From positions 124,001-188,000 of IMG/VR virus record IMGVR_UViG_3300046665_000548: a DNA stretch of 64,000 nucleotides; one strand, written 5' to 3'. Each line of letters starts with the position of its first letter. The stretch's first letter is position 1. A model generated the notes under the pieces. The model saw only the letters and a program-made list of their open reading frames with translations. It had not been told where the DNA came from and ran no database searches. Below are positions 19,042-29,319 of the stretch, piece by piece. The translations under genes and the position numbers were made by a program.

Positions 19042-20099
19042 GAGACTATCTCTGGCAGCGGCCGACCGATGAACGGGATGTTTTCGAGTTCGAAGACATC
19101 CTTCGCCAAAATCAGGCAGCCGTGTCCGGTCAAATTGAAGCGCCGCGTATTGTGACGCTTTGCCAATTCAACCACCTCCTCAACCTCTTCCAACGCACCG
19201 CACGGCACGAGACTGTTCGTGTAAGGCGCGTCTTCGATATAGACGTGCGCGTGCATCATGTACTGGGCATCATCGAAGCGGCTGAACAGTTCACGCTGTA
19301 TCGGCGCATCGACTGACGGCTTTGCCTCTCCATAGTATTGGATTTGCGGCGTTAGTTCGGCTTCAATAGCCACGAAACCATCTGTGCTGATCTGGCGCTT
19401 GTCGATGTTACGCCGAGAGATGTAGAGCTTGTCTTCGTGTCGGAATGCCGGGAAGCCGCCCTTTGTACAGCGATACGAAGCATTGCCGAGGAAGCGCGAA
19501 GGGTTCACGCCATGGACCAATTCATGGAAGCGATCCGCGTAACCGTGGACGAACCCGAAGAACCGCTCCAGGTCTGCATTAGACGGCGACGCAATGGCTT
19601 CACCAACTTGCTTGGACCCAAGTCGGGTAAAACCCATAAGAGCCTTGGTGCGCCCATACAGGGCTTGCGCGACGGTTTCCACGTTTCCTTCACGCCACGC
19701 GAATGCGTTTCCGAGCGGATCGAGCACCGAAGCGTGGAAGGGAGCGCCGGTATCGATGATCAGGCTCAGGTTGGCGCGGGCCGCCAGCATGCGCCCCACG
19801 ATATCAATCGGCTGATACTTGTCTTGACTGTTGTTCTTTGAGATTACCAGGACGGTTCTCGGTGCATTCTGCTTCAATGATCCGACGAACTTCGGAACCG
19901 AGTTGTCGATCTCCGGCATCCACCAGATTGCCCGATACCGGTGACAGTCGCCAAGGATTCGCGAGAGATCATCGAGAGACCCGCCGTTGATCAGGGTTAT
20001 GTCCGCGTCAGGTAGGGCGGCTGCGATCTTCGCCATATAGCCCGATGGCTTACCGCCTTCATGATCGAAACGACCGGCCACGAACAGAATTTCTGACAT
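19038..20099 (-). CDS. class II aldolase/adducin-domain protein
   Basis: GNAS.R, KPSVDAPIQ, MHAH, GHG motifs. Confidence 0.65.
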   Translation of the reverse strand: MSEILFVAGRFDHEGGKPSGYMAKIAAALPDADITLINGGSLDDLSRILGDCHRYRAIWWMPEIDNSVPKFVGSLKQNAPRTVLVISKNNSQDKYQPIDIVGRMLAARANLSLIIDTGAPFHASVLDPLGNAFAWREGNVETVAQALYGRTKALMGFTRLGSKQVGEAIASPSNADLERFFGFVHGYADRFHELVHGVNPSRFLGNASYRCTKGGFPAFRHEDKLYISRRNIDKRQISTDGFVAIEAELTPQIQYYGEAKPSVDAPIQRELFSRFDDAQYMMHAHVYIEDAPYTNSLVPCGALEEVEEVVELAKRHNTRRFNLTGHGCLILAKDVFELENIPFIGRPLPEIVS

Positions 20100-20175
20100 T
20101 TTGTAATCCCACGGTGTATTGTTTCGACTCAATCTACATCATTTCGATATTCAAGCAAGCGAAGTAAATACTCTC

Positions 20176-20601
20176 ATGAATATGCGAGAGATCATGAACC
20201 TGACCGAACGAGCTTCGGCGGTCAGGGTGACGACCCGATACGGCGACGAGAAAAAGGTTGTGGTTCATCGCAATCCTACCGCTATGGACCTTCATGCGTT
20301 CTTCTCAAATAAGGGCGATCTACGTGGTTTGTTGGACGTATCTAGTGGTACCGTTTTCTGGTGGGCTGCGGAAGAAGCTGTTCATTACGACGTGATCGAC
20401 GCGCTCGGGCTGGATAACTCGAAGGCTCTCTATGTGTATCCGGAGAGTTCTCCCGAAGCCGAATACTACGAACGCAATACTGGACGCCAGCCCCACGAAG
20501 CTGTTCTGTTGTATCCTAATTTGGATCAGAAAGTTGTTTTGAGCAATCGTTTCATCAAGTCTTACATGGAAAGCGGAATGTTTGATCCGCAGCGATACTG
20601 A
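20176..20601 (+). CDS. late leaderless hypothetical protein (paralog of 17818-18228)
   Basis: TAAATA 5 nt upstream; MNMREIMNLTE. Confidence 0.7.
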   Translation: MNMREIMNLTERASAVRVTTRYGDEKKVVVHRNPTAMDLHAFFSNKGDLRGLLDVSSGTVFWWAAEEAVHYDVIDALGLDNSKALYVYPESSPEAEYYERNTGRQPHEAVLLYPNLDQKVVLSNRFIKSYMESGMFDPQRY

Positions 20602-20638
20602 CGCTTGACGAAATTGCAATCTGTCGTAGATTGCGTGA

Positions 20639-21262
20639 GTGAAACATCCCCTGACATTCAAGCGGGCTCTCGATACCGAGGGCGACAAAAATCGCGGTTG
20701 GCGCGTAGACCGGCTCGACGCGTTCCTGCATGGTCAGGAAGTCGGCTATCTAAAAATGTCCTATATTCCAAGTGATCGTTTCCGACGCTATTATCCGACG
20801 ATATTCAACTATATGGATCAAATCCTCGGTAAGCATGTTCTTCCATATGATCGGCGGACTGCTCTTTATGTTGAATTGTTCGCGCCGGAATTGAAGAAGC
20901 TTCTCTGGTATAGCCAGCACGGTTGGTCGTCCACTGAGCCCGAGGGCACACGCGTAGAGCTTCTACGGATGGCCACTCAGCGCGAGCGCGAGCTTCTTGA
21001 GGGGCGCTTAGGAAAGTCCTTCAAGCAATTCAAGGCTTTCCACGTGAACAAGCCGATTGTGGACTATATCAATGTGGATGTGCGTCGCCAGGGTATTGGC
21101 ACGGCGCTGTATTTCGAGGGTGCCCGCTGGATGTCCGAGCGGCGCATGAAGCTGTATCGGTCGGGTATTCAAACCGACGAAGCCAAGATGGCTTGGAACA
21201 AATTTACTCAAGACGGGAACACTGGCGAGGATCGTCGCGGGATGTTCCTGATCGCCCAATAA
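20639..21262 (+). CDS. GNAT-family acetyltransferase-like protein
   Basis: VDYINVDVRRQGIGTALY; TTGACG-N16-TAGATT promoter 6 nt upstream. Confidence 0.7.
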   Translation: MKHPLTFKRALDTEGDKNRGWRVDRLDAFLHGQEVGYLKMSYIPSDRFRRYYPTIFNYMDQILGKHVLPYDRRTALYVELFAPELKKLLWYSQHGWSSTEPEGTRVELLRMATQRERELLEGRLGKSFKQFKAFHVNKPIVDYINVDVRRQGIGTALYFEGARWMSERRMKLYRSGIQTDEAKMAWNKFTQDGNTGEDRRGMFLIAQ

Positions 21263-21782
21263 TTCGATTGACATTCGTCTGAATACTGGTAAATTGCGGC
21301 GAACAGGAGATCGTGATGGAAGAACCCGTCGAGAAACTACATTGGACCGACCGGTTGGTCACCATTCCGATTGTCGTTCTCATGATTTTGGTCTTCGGGA
21401 TCGTCGCGATCAGGTCGGGGATCGTTTGGCTCCTGAACCGAGGTCTGGCTCGTTTTGACTATGAGATCATCGAGCCCGATTTTAAGGGCCGTCACGGATA
21501 TCAGATTGTTCGGCCGAAACTCGATCTTGAGAGGAAGCTGCGTCAGGACGCAGAAGATTCAGCGCAGGTTGCTCGTTTCCGAGAATGGCTCAAGAAGGTT
21601 TAAATGCGCGCGCGGTCAATGGCATTGTATTCACCAGAGCATGAGAAATTCATGCGAGAAGAGTTCTATGGTCATCGATTTAATGACCATAGCAGTCCGT
21701 TGCGCGATGCATTCTACATCGGATTAATTCTGATGAATATTGCTGCTCCAATTGCAATTCTTGTCAAACTGATTGGTGGATA

Positions 21783-22100
21783 ATGTCACACTACCCGACG
21801 TGGAAATCACTCCACCCGCAATACGATCTCAGCTATCTTGGGCCGTTTCTGCCGACGTTCCTAAACGTGTCGGACCCGCGTCCGGCAGCGCAGCAGATCG
21901 ATGATGCGTACGTGTCGGGCTGGAGTCCATTTCCGGGCTTCGAGATGCTGGAGGGCAACCGCCTCAAGTATCCCGGCGATCCCGCGATTGCACCGCTGGC
22001 GACCACCACCCTTCGCGATGAAACGCTTTTCCTTTACGAGGGCGAATGGCTCGCCATCATCCAGAAGGATGGATCGTTCGAAGTCTGTCGGGTAGATTAG
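21783..22100 (+). CDS. hypothetical protein
   Basis: GGA SD; globular-looking 105-aa ORF. Confidence 0.6.
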   Translation: MSHYPTWKSLHPQYDLSYLGPFLPTFLNVSDPRPAAQQIDDAYVSGWSPFPGFEMLEGNRLKYPGDPAIAPLATTTLRDETLFLYEGEWLAIIQKDGSFEVCRVD

Positions 22101-22102
22101 CA

Positions 22103-22549
22103 ATGTATGTGTTGTGGATCATCCTGACATATTGGTTTGGCATCGTCGTCCATGAACTTGGCCACTACGTTGCGGCCAAGTCTATCGGAATGATGGTCTC
22201 GCACGTAGAGATCGGATCGGGAAAGTTGCTTTACCGGTTCACGATGTTTCACGATAACTGGCGTGTCTACATGTTGCCGAATCGGGCGTTCGTGGCGATG
22301 TTCGTGTCCGGAAAGCAATGGAAAAATCTCGTCTCGTTCGCCGCAGGACCATTTGCATCGTTTTCGTTGGCCCTTGTATTGTGGTGGTTTGGTCTTTCGT
22401 ATTTGGCAGTGATCCCGCTCTATCAAGGCGCGTTGAACTGCATCCCGTTCAAGACCAAACATTTCAATTCAGACGGATACAACATCCGCAAGGCATGGCG
22501 GAAGCGTAACGAGAAAGCCTATCCGAAATACATGTATTCGACGGAGTGA
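22103..22549 (+). CDS. M50-family peptidase (short)
   Basis: HELGH, AAGP, NCIP...SDG. Confidence 0.75.
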   Translation: MYVLWIILTYWFGIVVHELGHYVAAKSIGMMVSHVEIGSGKLLYRFTMFHDNWRVYMLPNRAFVAMFVSGKQWKNLVSFAAGPFASFSLALVLWWFGLSYLAVIPLYQGALNCIPFKTKHFNSDGYNIRKAWRKRNEKAYPKYMYSTE

Positions 22550-22733
22550 CAATGGTCGATCAATACGATCAGTATTTCGGAGTAATGCGGCTCTATTCAC
22601 AGTACGACAAAGAGCAGAGCGGGCTCCGCCGATATGACCTTTCGCTGTTCAATTGGGGTCTGACTGATCAGGAGATCGCGCGCGATATCGCCGTGTATTG
22701 TCGTAGTGTCGGTCTAAAGTGGAGAAAGCTTCG

Positions 22734-23024
22734 ATGAGCCTGACGACGATTGTCCGACGATACACGGCAATGATCCGGAACGGACGGACGCCCAAGACCA
22801 TCATCGCGCATATGCGCGGCGAGGTCGAAGAGCTTCAAGCCGAGATCGACGGCACCGGAGACGGCCGGGACGGAATTGTTGGCGAGAACATCGACGTAAT
22901 TGCCTGCGCGCTCGATATGATCTTCGAGGTTCAGCCAAATATTACCGACGAAGAACTCGATGCCATCATGGAAGCGAAATGCGCTAAGTGGGCCAGGAAG
23001 GTCAATGAGGGCGCATACCAGTGA
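22734..23024 (+). CDS. MazG-like nucleotide pyrophosphohydrolase
   Basis: GEVEEL...GENIDVIACALD pattern; ATGA coupling. Confidence 0.6.
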   Translation: MSLTTIVRRYTAMIRNGRTPKTIIAHMRGEVEELQAEIDGTGDGRDGIVGENIDVIACALDMIFEVQPNITDEELDAIMEAKCAKWARKVNEGAYQ

Positions 23025-23546
23025 TGGACTATATCAAAGGCATTTCACTGTTAATCGCTCCAATTGTTTGCGTAATCCTACTATTCTTGGCAGCTATGGG
23101 CATAGATAAAGGATTGGATGCCCAGCTAGGCCCCATGGTGTGCACCGAGAAATCCAAAATCAAAGAAATCACGTCACTCCGTTATAGGAGTGCTACTGTC
23201 CTGCTTGAGAATGGACAAAGTGTAGATGCTTATCAGGCAACGCTAAAGCCTGGAGATTACTGGTGTCTGAAAAGAGAACGAGTAAAGGTAGGTGAATGAC
23301 ATGGACCACGAGCTATTCTTCAACAAAGTCATGGAGCAGTTGCCTCCGGCCGATGGGATGCCGCTTATGCGAGCTTACATTATGAAGCATGGCGTAAACC
23401 CGGCTAACGCGCCTGCGCGATTTATCTCTGATTACGGGGCTCGCGCGTACGTCAACGGCAAACTGAACATTAACGAGCCCGCCGATCCTCACGCGGCGCT
23501 CGAAGAATTTCTTCACAGGAATAACCTAAAGGGCTAAATAAGCCCC

Positions 23547-24068
23547 ATGGACATGCGCACAATCATCGACGCTTCTCGGGCGTCTCCGCTTACAGAGAAA
23601 AAAGTCGGTGGTTCTGCGTGGGTGTTGATTGCCTGTCCAGATACCAGCGAAGTGCTATTGGCCAAGCGAGCCAAGTCAGCAAACAATCCAGGACAGTGGA
23701 ATCTATTTGGCGGCGGGCTCGAATACGGAGAGCAAGCCGTAGATACTGCATTGCGTGAGCTTGGCGAGGAAGCCGGAATAACCATTAACGTGGATATGCT
23801 CAAGTACAAGGGCTCCCACAACGGCATGAGCTTCTTCGTCCTGTATGCGCCACGCAATATGGTCAACTCTGCGATCCGCCCGAACCGCAAAGAAGTAGCG
23901 AAGATCAAGTGGTTTCCTCTCACCGCGCTCCCTAACGATCTGCATAAAAGCACGAAGATGTTCATCAAGGTTTGCACCCGACCAAAGAAGGTTTTCGGAG
24001 AGAGCCTGACAGAGACAATGGACCTGATCGAGTTCGAGAGTATCCTAACGGCCTCTCAGAAGACTTGA
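23547..24068 (+). CDS. Nudix hydrolase, late leaderless
   Basis: Nudix box GGGLEYGEQAVDTALRELGEEAG; TAAATA 6 nt upstream; N-terminal MDMRTII...PLTE. Confidence 0.9.
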   Translation: MDMRTIIDASRASPLTEKKVGGSAWVLIACPDTSEVLLAKRAKSANNPGQWNLFGGGLEYGEQAVDTALRELGEEAGITINVDMLKYKGSHNGMSFFVLYAPRNMVNSAIRPNRKEVAKIKWFPLTALPNDLHKSTKMFIKVCTRPKKVFGESLTETMDLIEFESILTASQKT

Positions 24069-24435
24069 CCAATTAATCATTGTCGGTAGATTGTCGGCCC
24101 GGAGGCCGATATGATCGATTTACTGTTTTACTTCACCGCTGTTCTTCTTTGGCTATTCACGGGATTGATCATCTGGTTCGTATGGGCCGATGGTATTTGG
24201 TTTTTGGCCTGGGGCAGAACCGGGCAAGCTTGCCTGTTGTTTGCGACCTTGGGTCCGGTAAGCATTTTATCATTTCCGGTCGAATGGATAATGTACCGGA
24301 TCATCGATCCGGATCATCCGGAAAAGACGCGCGCTCGTGTCTTGGCCATATTGCTCGGGATGATGCCGTTGCTAATGGCCGCATATCTAGCATTACGTTG
24401 ACAAACATCCTATACATGGTAGATTGGAGATCGAA

Positions 24436-24630
24436 ATGACCGAGCGTTTTTCCGCACATATCGGAAAGCCATACGACGAGATCGAAGACGAAATTAAATC
24501 CGAAAACCCAGGGATGAAGGTACATTTCCTCCCCGAGTTCTCCATCGTGACGATGGATTATAATACGAAACGTATGCGGGTTTGGTACAACAAAGACACG
24601 AAGAAGGTGAGCAGGATCACCATAGGATAA
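24436..24630 (+). CDS. protease inhibitor I78/potato-I family protein
   Basis: IVTMDYNTKRMRV reactive-loop motif. Confidence 0.7.
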   Translation: MTERFSAHIGKPYDEIEDEIKSENPGMKVHFLPEFSIVTMDYNTKRMRVWYNKDTKKVSRITIG

Positions 24631-24642
24631 TCGAGGACCGCC

Positions 24643-24807
24643 GTGGATTATCAAGAGCGTAAAGAAGAGCGCCGTAAGCGCTTCGCTGCCGAGTATGGCA
24701 AGAAGCTCGTGACTTGCACGGCGTGCAGCGGCTCCGGCTACTACGATAATCACGGCTCGCCCCGGTGCGGCGGATGCAATGGCACGGGCAAGGTTCGGGA
24801 ACGTTAG
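24643..24807 (+). CDS. small DnaJ-type zinc-finger protein (54 aa, not in ORF track)
   Basis: CTACSGSG...CGGCNGTG; GAGGA SD, GTG start. Confidence 0.7.
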   Translation: MDYQERKEERRKRFAAEYGKKLVTCTACSGSGYYDNHGSPRCGGCNGTGKVRER

Positions 24808-25066
24808 GTTTGGCTATCGTTAATTTTGAGCACGATTCTCTAAATAGTTTTGTGCCTAGACGACCGCAAACAAGATTTTCTCGATTTATGGTTCACCTTC
24901 GCGGCGCAATGCGTGCCGCTAAGGTGGCCTTCTGCGTTATCGCGGCCTCCGTGGTCCTTTATCGGATCATCTTCACTGAGATCGATATGGCCGAAGCGAT
25001 AACCTCGCTACTTTCGGTCATTGCGGCGATGAACTAAAATAATTCACGTCAAACATGATTTTCTCG

Positions 25067-25098
25067 TTGACATCGAAATAACACCTGTGTGATAAATA
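25067..25098 (+). promoter_or_regulatory. promoter of tRNA cluster 2
   Basis: TTGACA 25067-25072 and TAAATA 25093-25098. Confidence 0.75.
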
Positions 25099-25103
25099 AA
25101 ACC

Positions 25104-25178
25104 ATGAACAAGAATGTCACAACAACCGTCGTTATTATTACGACCGTACGAAGCGGGAGCTTCGAACGAACGATGTGA
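25104..25178 (+). CDS. attenuator leader peptide MNKNVTTTVVIITTVRSGSFERTM
   Basis: 11 consecutive Thr/Val/Ile codons; the 3' half forms the antiterminator 5' arm. Confidence 0.9.
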   Translation: MNKNVTTTVVIITTVRSGSFERTM

Positions 25179-25202
25179 CGCGAGTTCATCAGTTCAGTTT
25201 CG

Positions 25203-25233
25203 AAACTCCCAGGGAAACCTCGGGAGTTTTTTT
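25203..25233 (+). terminator. attenuator terminator directly before tRNA-Ile
   Basis: AAACTCCC-AGG-GAAA-CCT-C-GGGAG-TTTTTTT. Confidence 0.85.
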
Positions 25234-25308
25234 GTGCTTGTAGCTCAGTGGTAGAGCGCTCGGCTGATAACCGAGAGGTCGGAGGTTCGAGCCCTCCCAG
25301 GCACACCA
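25234..25308 (+). tRNA. tRNA-Ile(GAT)
   Basis: Loop CT-GAT-AA, CCA. Confidence 0.95.
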
Positions 25309-25325
25309 CATTTTTTGGAGGGAAG

Positions 25326-25523
25326 ATGAAGATCAGCGCGTTAGAACTACGACTCGCTGAGGCGAGAGAACGATTTGGTGATCTAGATGTCTACGTTGGA
25401 GAGGCAAGCTCTCAGCTTCGATCTCGTATCGACGTGAACGTGGATAGCGCCATCGCCAAAGGCGAAGACGAAACGGGTGAACGAAAAATCTGCATCGTCC
25501 AGGCTTATGTCATTTTCTCCTGA
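25326..25523 (+). CDS. small hypothetical protein within the tRNA cluster
   Basis: GGAGG SD, 65 aa. Confidence 0.6.
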   Translation: MKISALELRLAEARERFGDLDVYVGEASSQLRSRIDVNVDSAIAKGEDETGERKICIVQAYVIFS

Positions 25524-25547
25524 CTAAATTATTGAGTGAAATGGAAT

Positions 25548-25622
25548 GCTGGTGTAGCACAGCGGTAGTGCAGTCGCTTCGTAAGCGAAAGGTCGGGAGT
25601 TCAATCCTCTCCACCAGCACCA
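25548..25622 (+). tRNA. tRNA-Thr(CGT)
   Basis: Loop TT-CGT-AA, CCA. Confidence 0.93.
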
Positions 25623-25632
25623 TTTTCTCAAC

Positions 25633-25707
25633 GCCGGTTTAGCTCAGCGGTAGAGCAGCGGTTTTGTAAACCGAAGGTCGGGAGTTCAATCCTCTCAACC
25701 GGCACCA
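25633..25707 (+). tRNA. tRNA-Thr(TGT)
   Basis: Loop TT-TGT-AA, CCA. Confidence 0.93.
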
Positions 25708-25715
25708 CACGTTTA

Positions 25716-25790
25716 GCTGACTTAGCACAGTGGTAGTGCACCTCATTGGTAATGAGGAGGTCGCCGGTTCGAACCCGGCAGTCAGCACCA
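25716..25790 (+). tRNA. tRNA-Thr(GGT)
   Basis: Loop TT-GGT-AA, CCA. Confidence 0.95.
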
Positions 25791-25791
25791 C

Positions 25792-25866
25792 GGGAACATA
25801 GCTCAGCGGTAGAGCGTCTGCTCGACATGCAGAATGTCCAAGGTTCGATTCCTTGTGTTCCCACCA
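25792..25866 (+). tRNA. tRNA-Val(GAC) with C33
   Basis: Loop TC-GAC-AT, CCA. Confidence 0.9.
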
Positions 25867-25944
25867 CCTTTCACTGATCGATGATTATGGATTGAATTTG
25901 GATTTAGACTTATGGTCTTTCCGAAACCCCATTTTCGTAGGTGA

Positions 25945-26562
25945 TTGGTGAAGAAGAGTAAGATTGCTGACAAAATTTTTCTGGTTCGTACCAAAACACA
26001 ATACGAACTTACGGCGACCTTTTTGCGATTTCAGGAACATTATGAGTCCCCGAAATTTCACGGCAAAATCTTCTCACTCGAAACGTATATGGATTGGTAC
26101 GCCAAGACCTACGGCAATTTTACCTACTATAGCGACTGGTCTGGGTTCAATCTTCCCTCATCAACATTCAAAGCATTCTACGATGGAAAATTTGATCCAT
26201 TGTCAGAAAAAGAACAAGCGTTCTTGCGTCTCTTCGAAAATGAAACGGGATCATTCTACGTAATTGGCGTTTACGGTGACGGCGATGGTGCGCTTATACA
26301 TGAGAAGGCTCACGCTCTGTTCTCTGTCGATGACGAATATAAGAAACAGTCACTTAAGCTTATTCGAAAGTTTGATACAGACGATCTGCGCGAGACATTG
26401 CTTCAAGAAGGCTATACCAAGCATGTCCTTGACGACGAGGTACAAGCATATATGGTAGAAGGTCTCAAATCAGTTACAGATCAACGTTTCAAGATACTGC
26501 GCAAAGAGATGAAATCTCTCTATAAAGAAAGAGCCAAGGTGATCTATGGACCCGCTGTCTGA
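25945..26562 (+). CDS. hypothetical protein with HExxH-like motif
   Basis: LIHEKAHALF...DEVQAY; possible zincin. Confidence 0.55.
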   Translation: MVKKSKIADKIFLVRTKTQYELTATFLRFQEHYESPKFHGKIFSLETYMDWYAKTYGNFTYYSDWSGFNLPSSTFKAFYDGKFDPLSEKEQAFLRLFENETGSFYVIGVYGDGDGALIHEKAHALFSVDDEYKKQSLKLIRKFDTDDLRETLLQEGYTKHVLDDEVQAYMVEGLKSVTDQRFKILRKEMKSLYKERAKVIYGPAV

Positions 26563-27840
26563 CGAAGCTTCTCTTGATGACCGCATGAAAGCGGCTGGTA
26601 TGTTCACGATTGACCAAATGATGGGCATCACCCCGCTCAGTCGTTTCACGATCCATGCCGGGATGACCGATCTCAAGTTCTTCGAAGCATGGCTGGATCG
26701 CCGGGCGCGCGAGATGCTGATGATGCGCGTCAAGTATGAGCTTGGTGATAAGCCGAAAGACGACATGTACGAATGGGTCGTGTCGCATGCCGCCTCGCTC
26801 ATGGAGGTTCGGGCCAATTTCAAAGCGGCGCTGGCAGGGGGAAACCCTAGCCGAGCCGACGATGATCCAATACCAAATAATTGACGTACAGCCGCGTCGT
26901 GATAGACTACGGGCATGAACAACCGTAGTTACGCCATGAAACGCGACAGTTTTGATTATTTCTTTTGGGGGCTTGGTGCTTTCATCGCCTGCCTCTTTGC
27001 TTTGATTATCTTCGTCGTTGTTGACGAGGCTGGCGGCACCGATCAGTCAACCCTGTCCGGCAAGGTTACGGGACGATATTACACCCCGCCTCAGACCCGC
27101 ACCACGGTGGACGGCCAGGGTCGAGTTTCGACCACGACTGATCCGGAAGAGTTTCACGTCTATGTCGAGGTTGAACAGATCGGCAATCAGAACCTCTCCA
27201 CCGATAGCCGCATCTACGGACGCGCACTAATTGGTGCTCCGGCAACGGTCGTCGGACGTGCTGGATGGATGACCGGCAACATCTACTATCGACTGAAAAG
27301 CATCGGCTCGCAGGGCGGCTCTACCGTCCAGTTCTGATGGCTTGACATTTGACAATTTTCTGTTAGTTTTCGTAGACAATTCACAGAGGGTCGGATGGGT
27401 AATTTGGAAAACACGTCGGAACGCATTAAGGCCGTGAAATCGGCCTTTAGTATCCTTGGATACGACGTGACCAGCGATCCCATTGAAGGTGCCGAGGAAG
27501 CCTTTTTGGCTGAGATTTCGCAGGTCTATATCAAGACTGAGAATTTCTATAGGAAGATTCTCAAAAAGAATCGGTACACGATGTTCAGCGACCGGTCTCT
27601 CGCGGACTTGCATAAACAGTTCCCCGAACCCGCTTGGGGGATCGAGGTTCGCCATGCGTCGGAGAAGGAAGCTCTTGAGCAAAAGATCGCTCGCGCCAAG
27701 GTAGACTTAGAGCAAGCGATTGAAGAACGCGATTCGGCTCAGCGTCGGATTGACGAGGCTCGAAGCGCCTTCCATGTGGCCGAACGCGCGCTGTTAAACT
27801 TTGAAGTTAACGCAACTGCGGCAGCTATTACTGCGAGGGC

Positions 27841-28397
27841 GAATGGCATCGAACGGAAAAATTAAGCGCAAGCGCCTCAAGAAGGAATTAGCCAAAGAGC
27901 CTGCTGCTCTCCCGGCTCGTCCTCCAGTGCTGTGCCGCCTGGAAGTGGTCAATGACCATTATAGCCACACCACTCGTCATCCCGACACCAATGACAGGTG
28001 GGATCGCGGCAATACCCATTCAAATTGGACCGTGAGCGGTCTCCGTCTGACTAATCGGGAATATGGCGACGTTACCGCCGATTTCGAGGTCATGGCCGGG
28101 GACGTGCTCTACATGGTCTACGCGATCTATTCGACCGGCGATTCGTTCGGCCGGGACGAGAACGGTCGTATTGACTACATCACTGTCCACAAGAGCGGCG
28201 AGATCGCGCGAGCGAACGAGAAGGCGCTCAACGCCAAGACCACGCTCAAGGGCAAGAACGGCGACTACGAATGGAACGTCAATCTCCAGACCGATTCGGG
28301 GATTGTATTCCCATACCATGTGCCGTGGCTCGGATACTTTGAGTCGTTGACTGGCGTCTACGTCGAGGCGTTCGAGGTCCGACCATCGGAAGATTGA
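27841..28397 (+). CDS. hypothetical phage protein
   Basis: Long ORF in an operon; start approximate (MASNGKIKR). Confidence 0.55.
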
Positions 28398-28531
28398 TTT
28401 GGAACCAAATTTGGTTTACTGCTATCAGTGATCCGCTGGTGGCCACAGTGGAAGAGGACCCCCGGTGCGTGCTGGCCGGTTACAATAACAGTTGCGACCG
28501 GGGGCCTCGATATTTTGAAACAGGGGTTTGA

Positions 28532-29134
28532 TTGATGATTTGGATAGTTTTGATTCTCGCGCTAAACGTCGCGATCTCGTTCTGGAATGCAAAGGTTTGC
28601 GGCGAGGCTTGGGCCGAGTCGAAGGCGGTCGGCGGCTTCATCAGGTGGGTTGTCTGGTCAGGAGCCATCCAATCAGCCGTTGGCTTCTCAATGCTCTACG
28701 TCTTCATGATGGCTGGCGCGGGCTACGTCACGGGTTTTCTCTCACTTAAGGCTATCGAAGCTCTGCTGTCGCTTTGGTACCTCGCGGTCATCATTCCGGT
28801 TCTCGGCACCGGCCTGATCATCACCGTCCATTCATGGATTGTCGCTTATCGCGAACGAAGCCTGCTCAACATGGGCACGGCGGCCTACAACACCTTCGCC
28901 CAGGCCCATAACATGTACAGTGCCGTTGACGGCATCGGAAAGTCATTCGGCAAGGTTGGCGATCTGTTCGATTCGGATAGCGACAATCCTCAGGCCGCGA
29001 TTGTCTTCATTCTAGCGGCTGTGGCGCTTGCTGCCGGGGCTCTCACCACCTACTCGATCATCAACATCTACGCTGGCACGCTGCCGCTTCCGAAGCCCGT
29101 TGCTTCGGTTAGCAACAATCGTCGCTACGCCTAA
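28532..29134 (+). CDS. multi-pass membrane protein
   Basis: Four hydrophobic segments. Confidence 0.65.
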   Translation: MMIWIVLILALNVAISFWNAKVCGEAWAESKAVGGFIRWVVWSGAIQSAVGFSMLYVFMMAGAGYVTGFLSLKAIEALLSLWYLAVIIPVLGTGLIITVHSWIVAYRERSLLNMGTAAYNTFAQAHNMYSAVDGIGKSFGKVGDLFDSDSDNPQAAIVFILAAVALAAGALTTYSIINIYAGTLPLPKPVASVSNNRRYA

Positions 29135-29319
29135 GGCCGCACATGCGTTCGGATTTGATTATCGGAATACTGATGGGGATAGTGCTGCTGGGTGCCGTGT
29201 ATGCTTTGCTATCACACAAACTAGACTGAGACGTGACATGCCGTGGCTGTTGATTACATTCGTAATACTAGTCGCGGCTATGTTGTTCGTTGGAAAAATC
29301 ATTGAACGGAGGGCTGAAC

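Noticed and set aside
28425-28512. HDV-like/theta ribozyme
   Set aside because: Too few nucleotides for P3/L3 between the putative P2 and P1 strands; kept only as an unassigned structure
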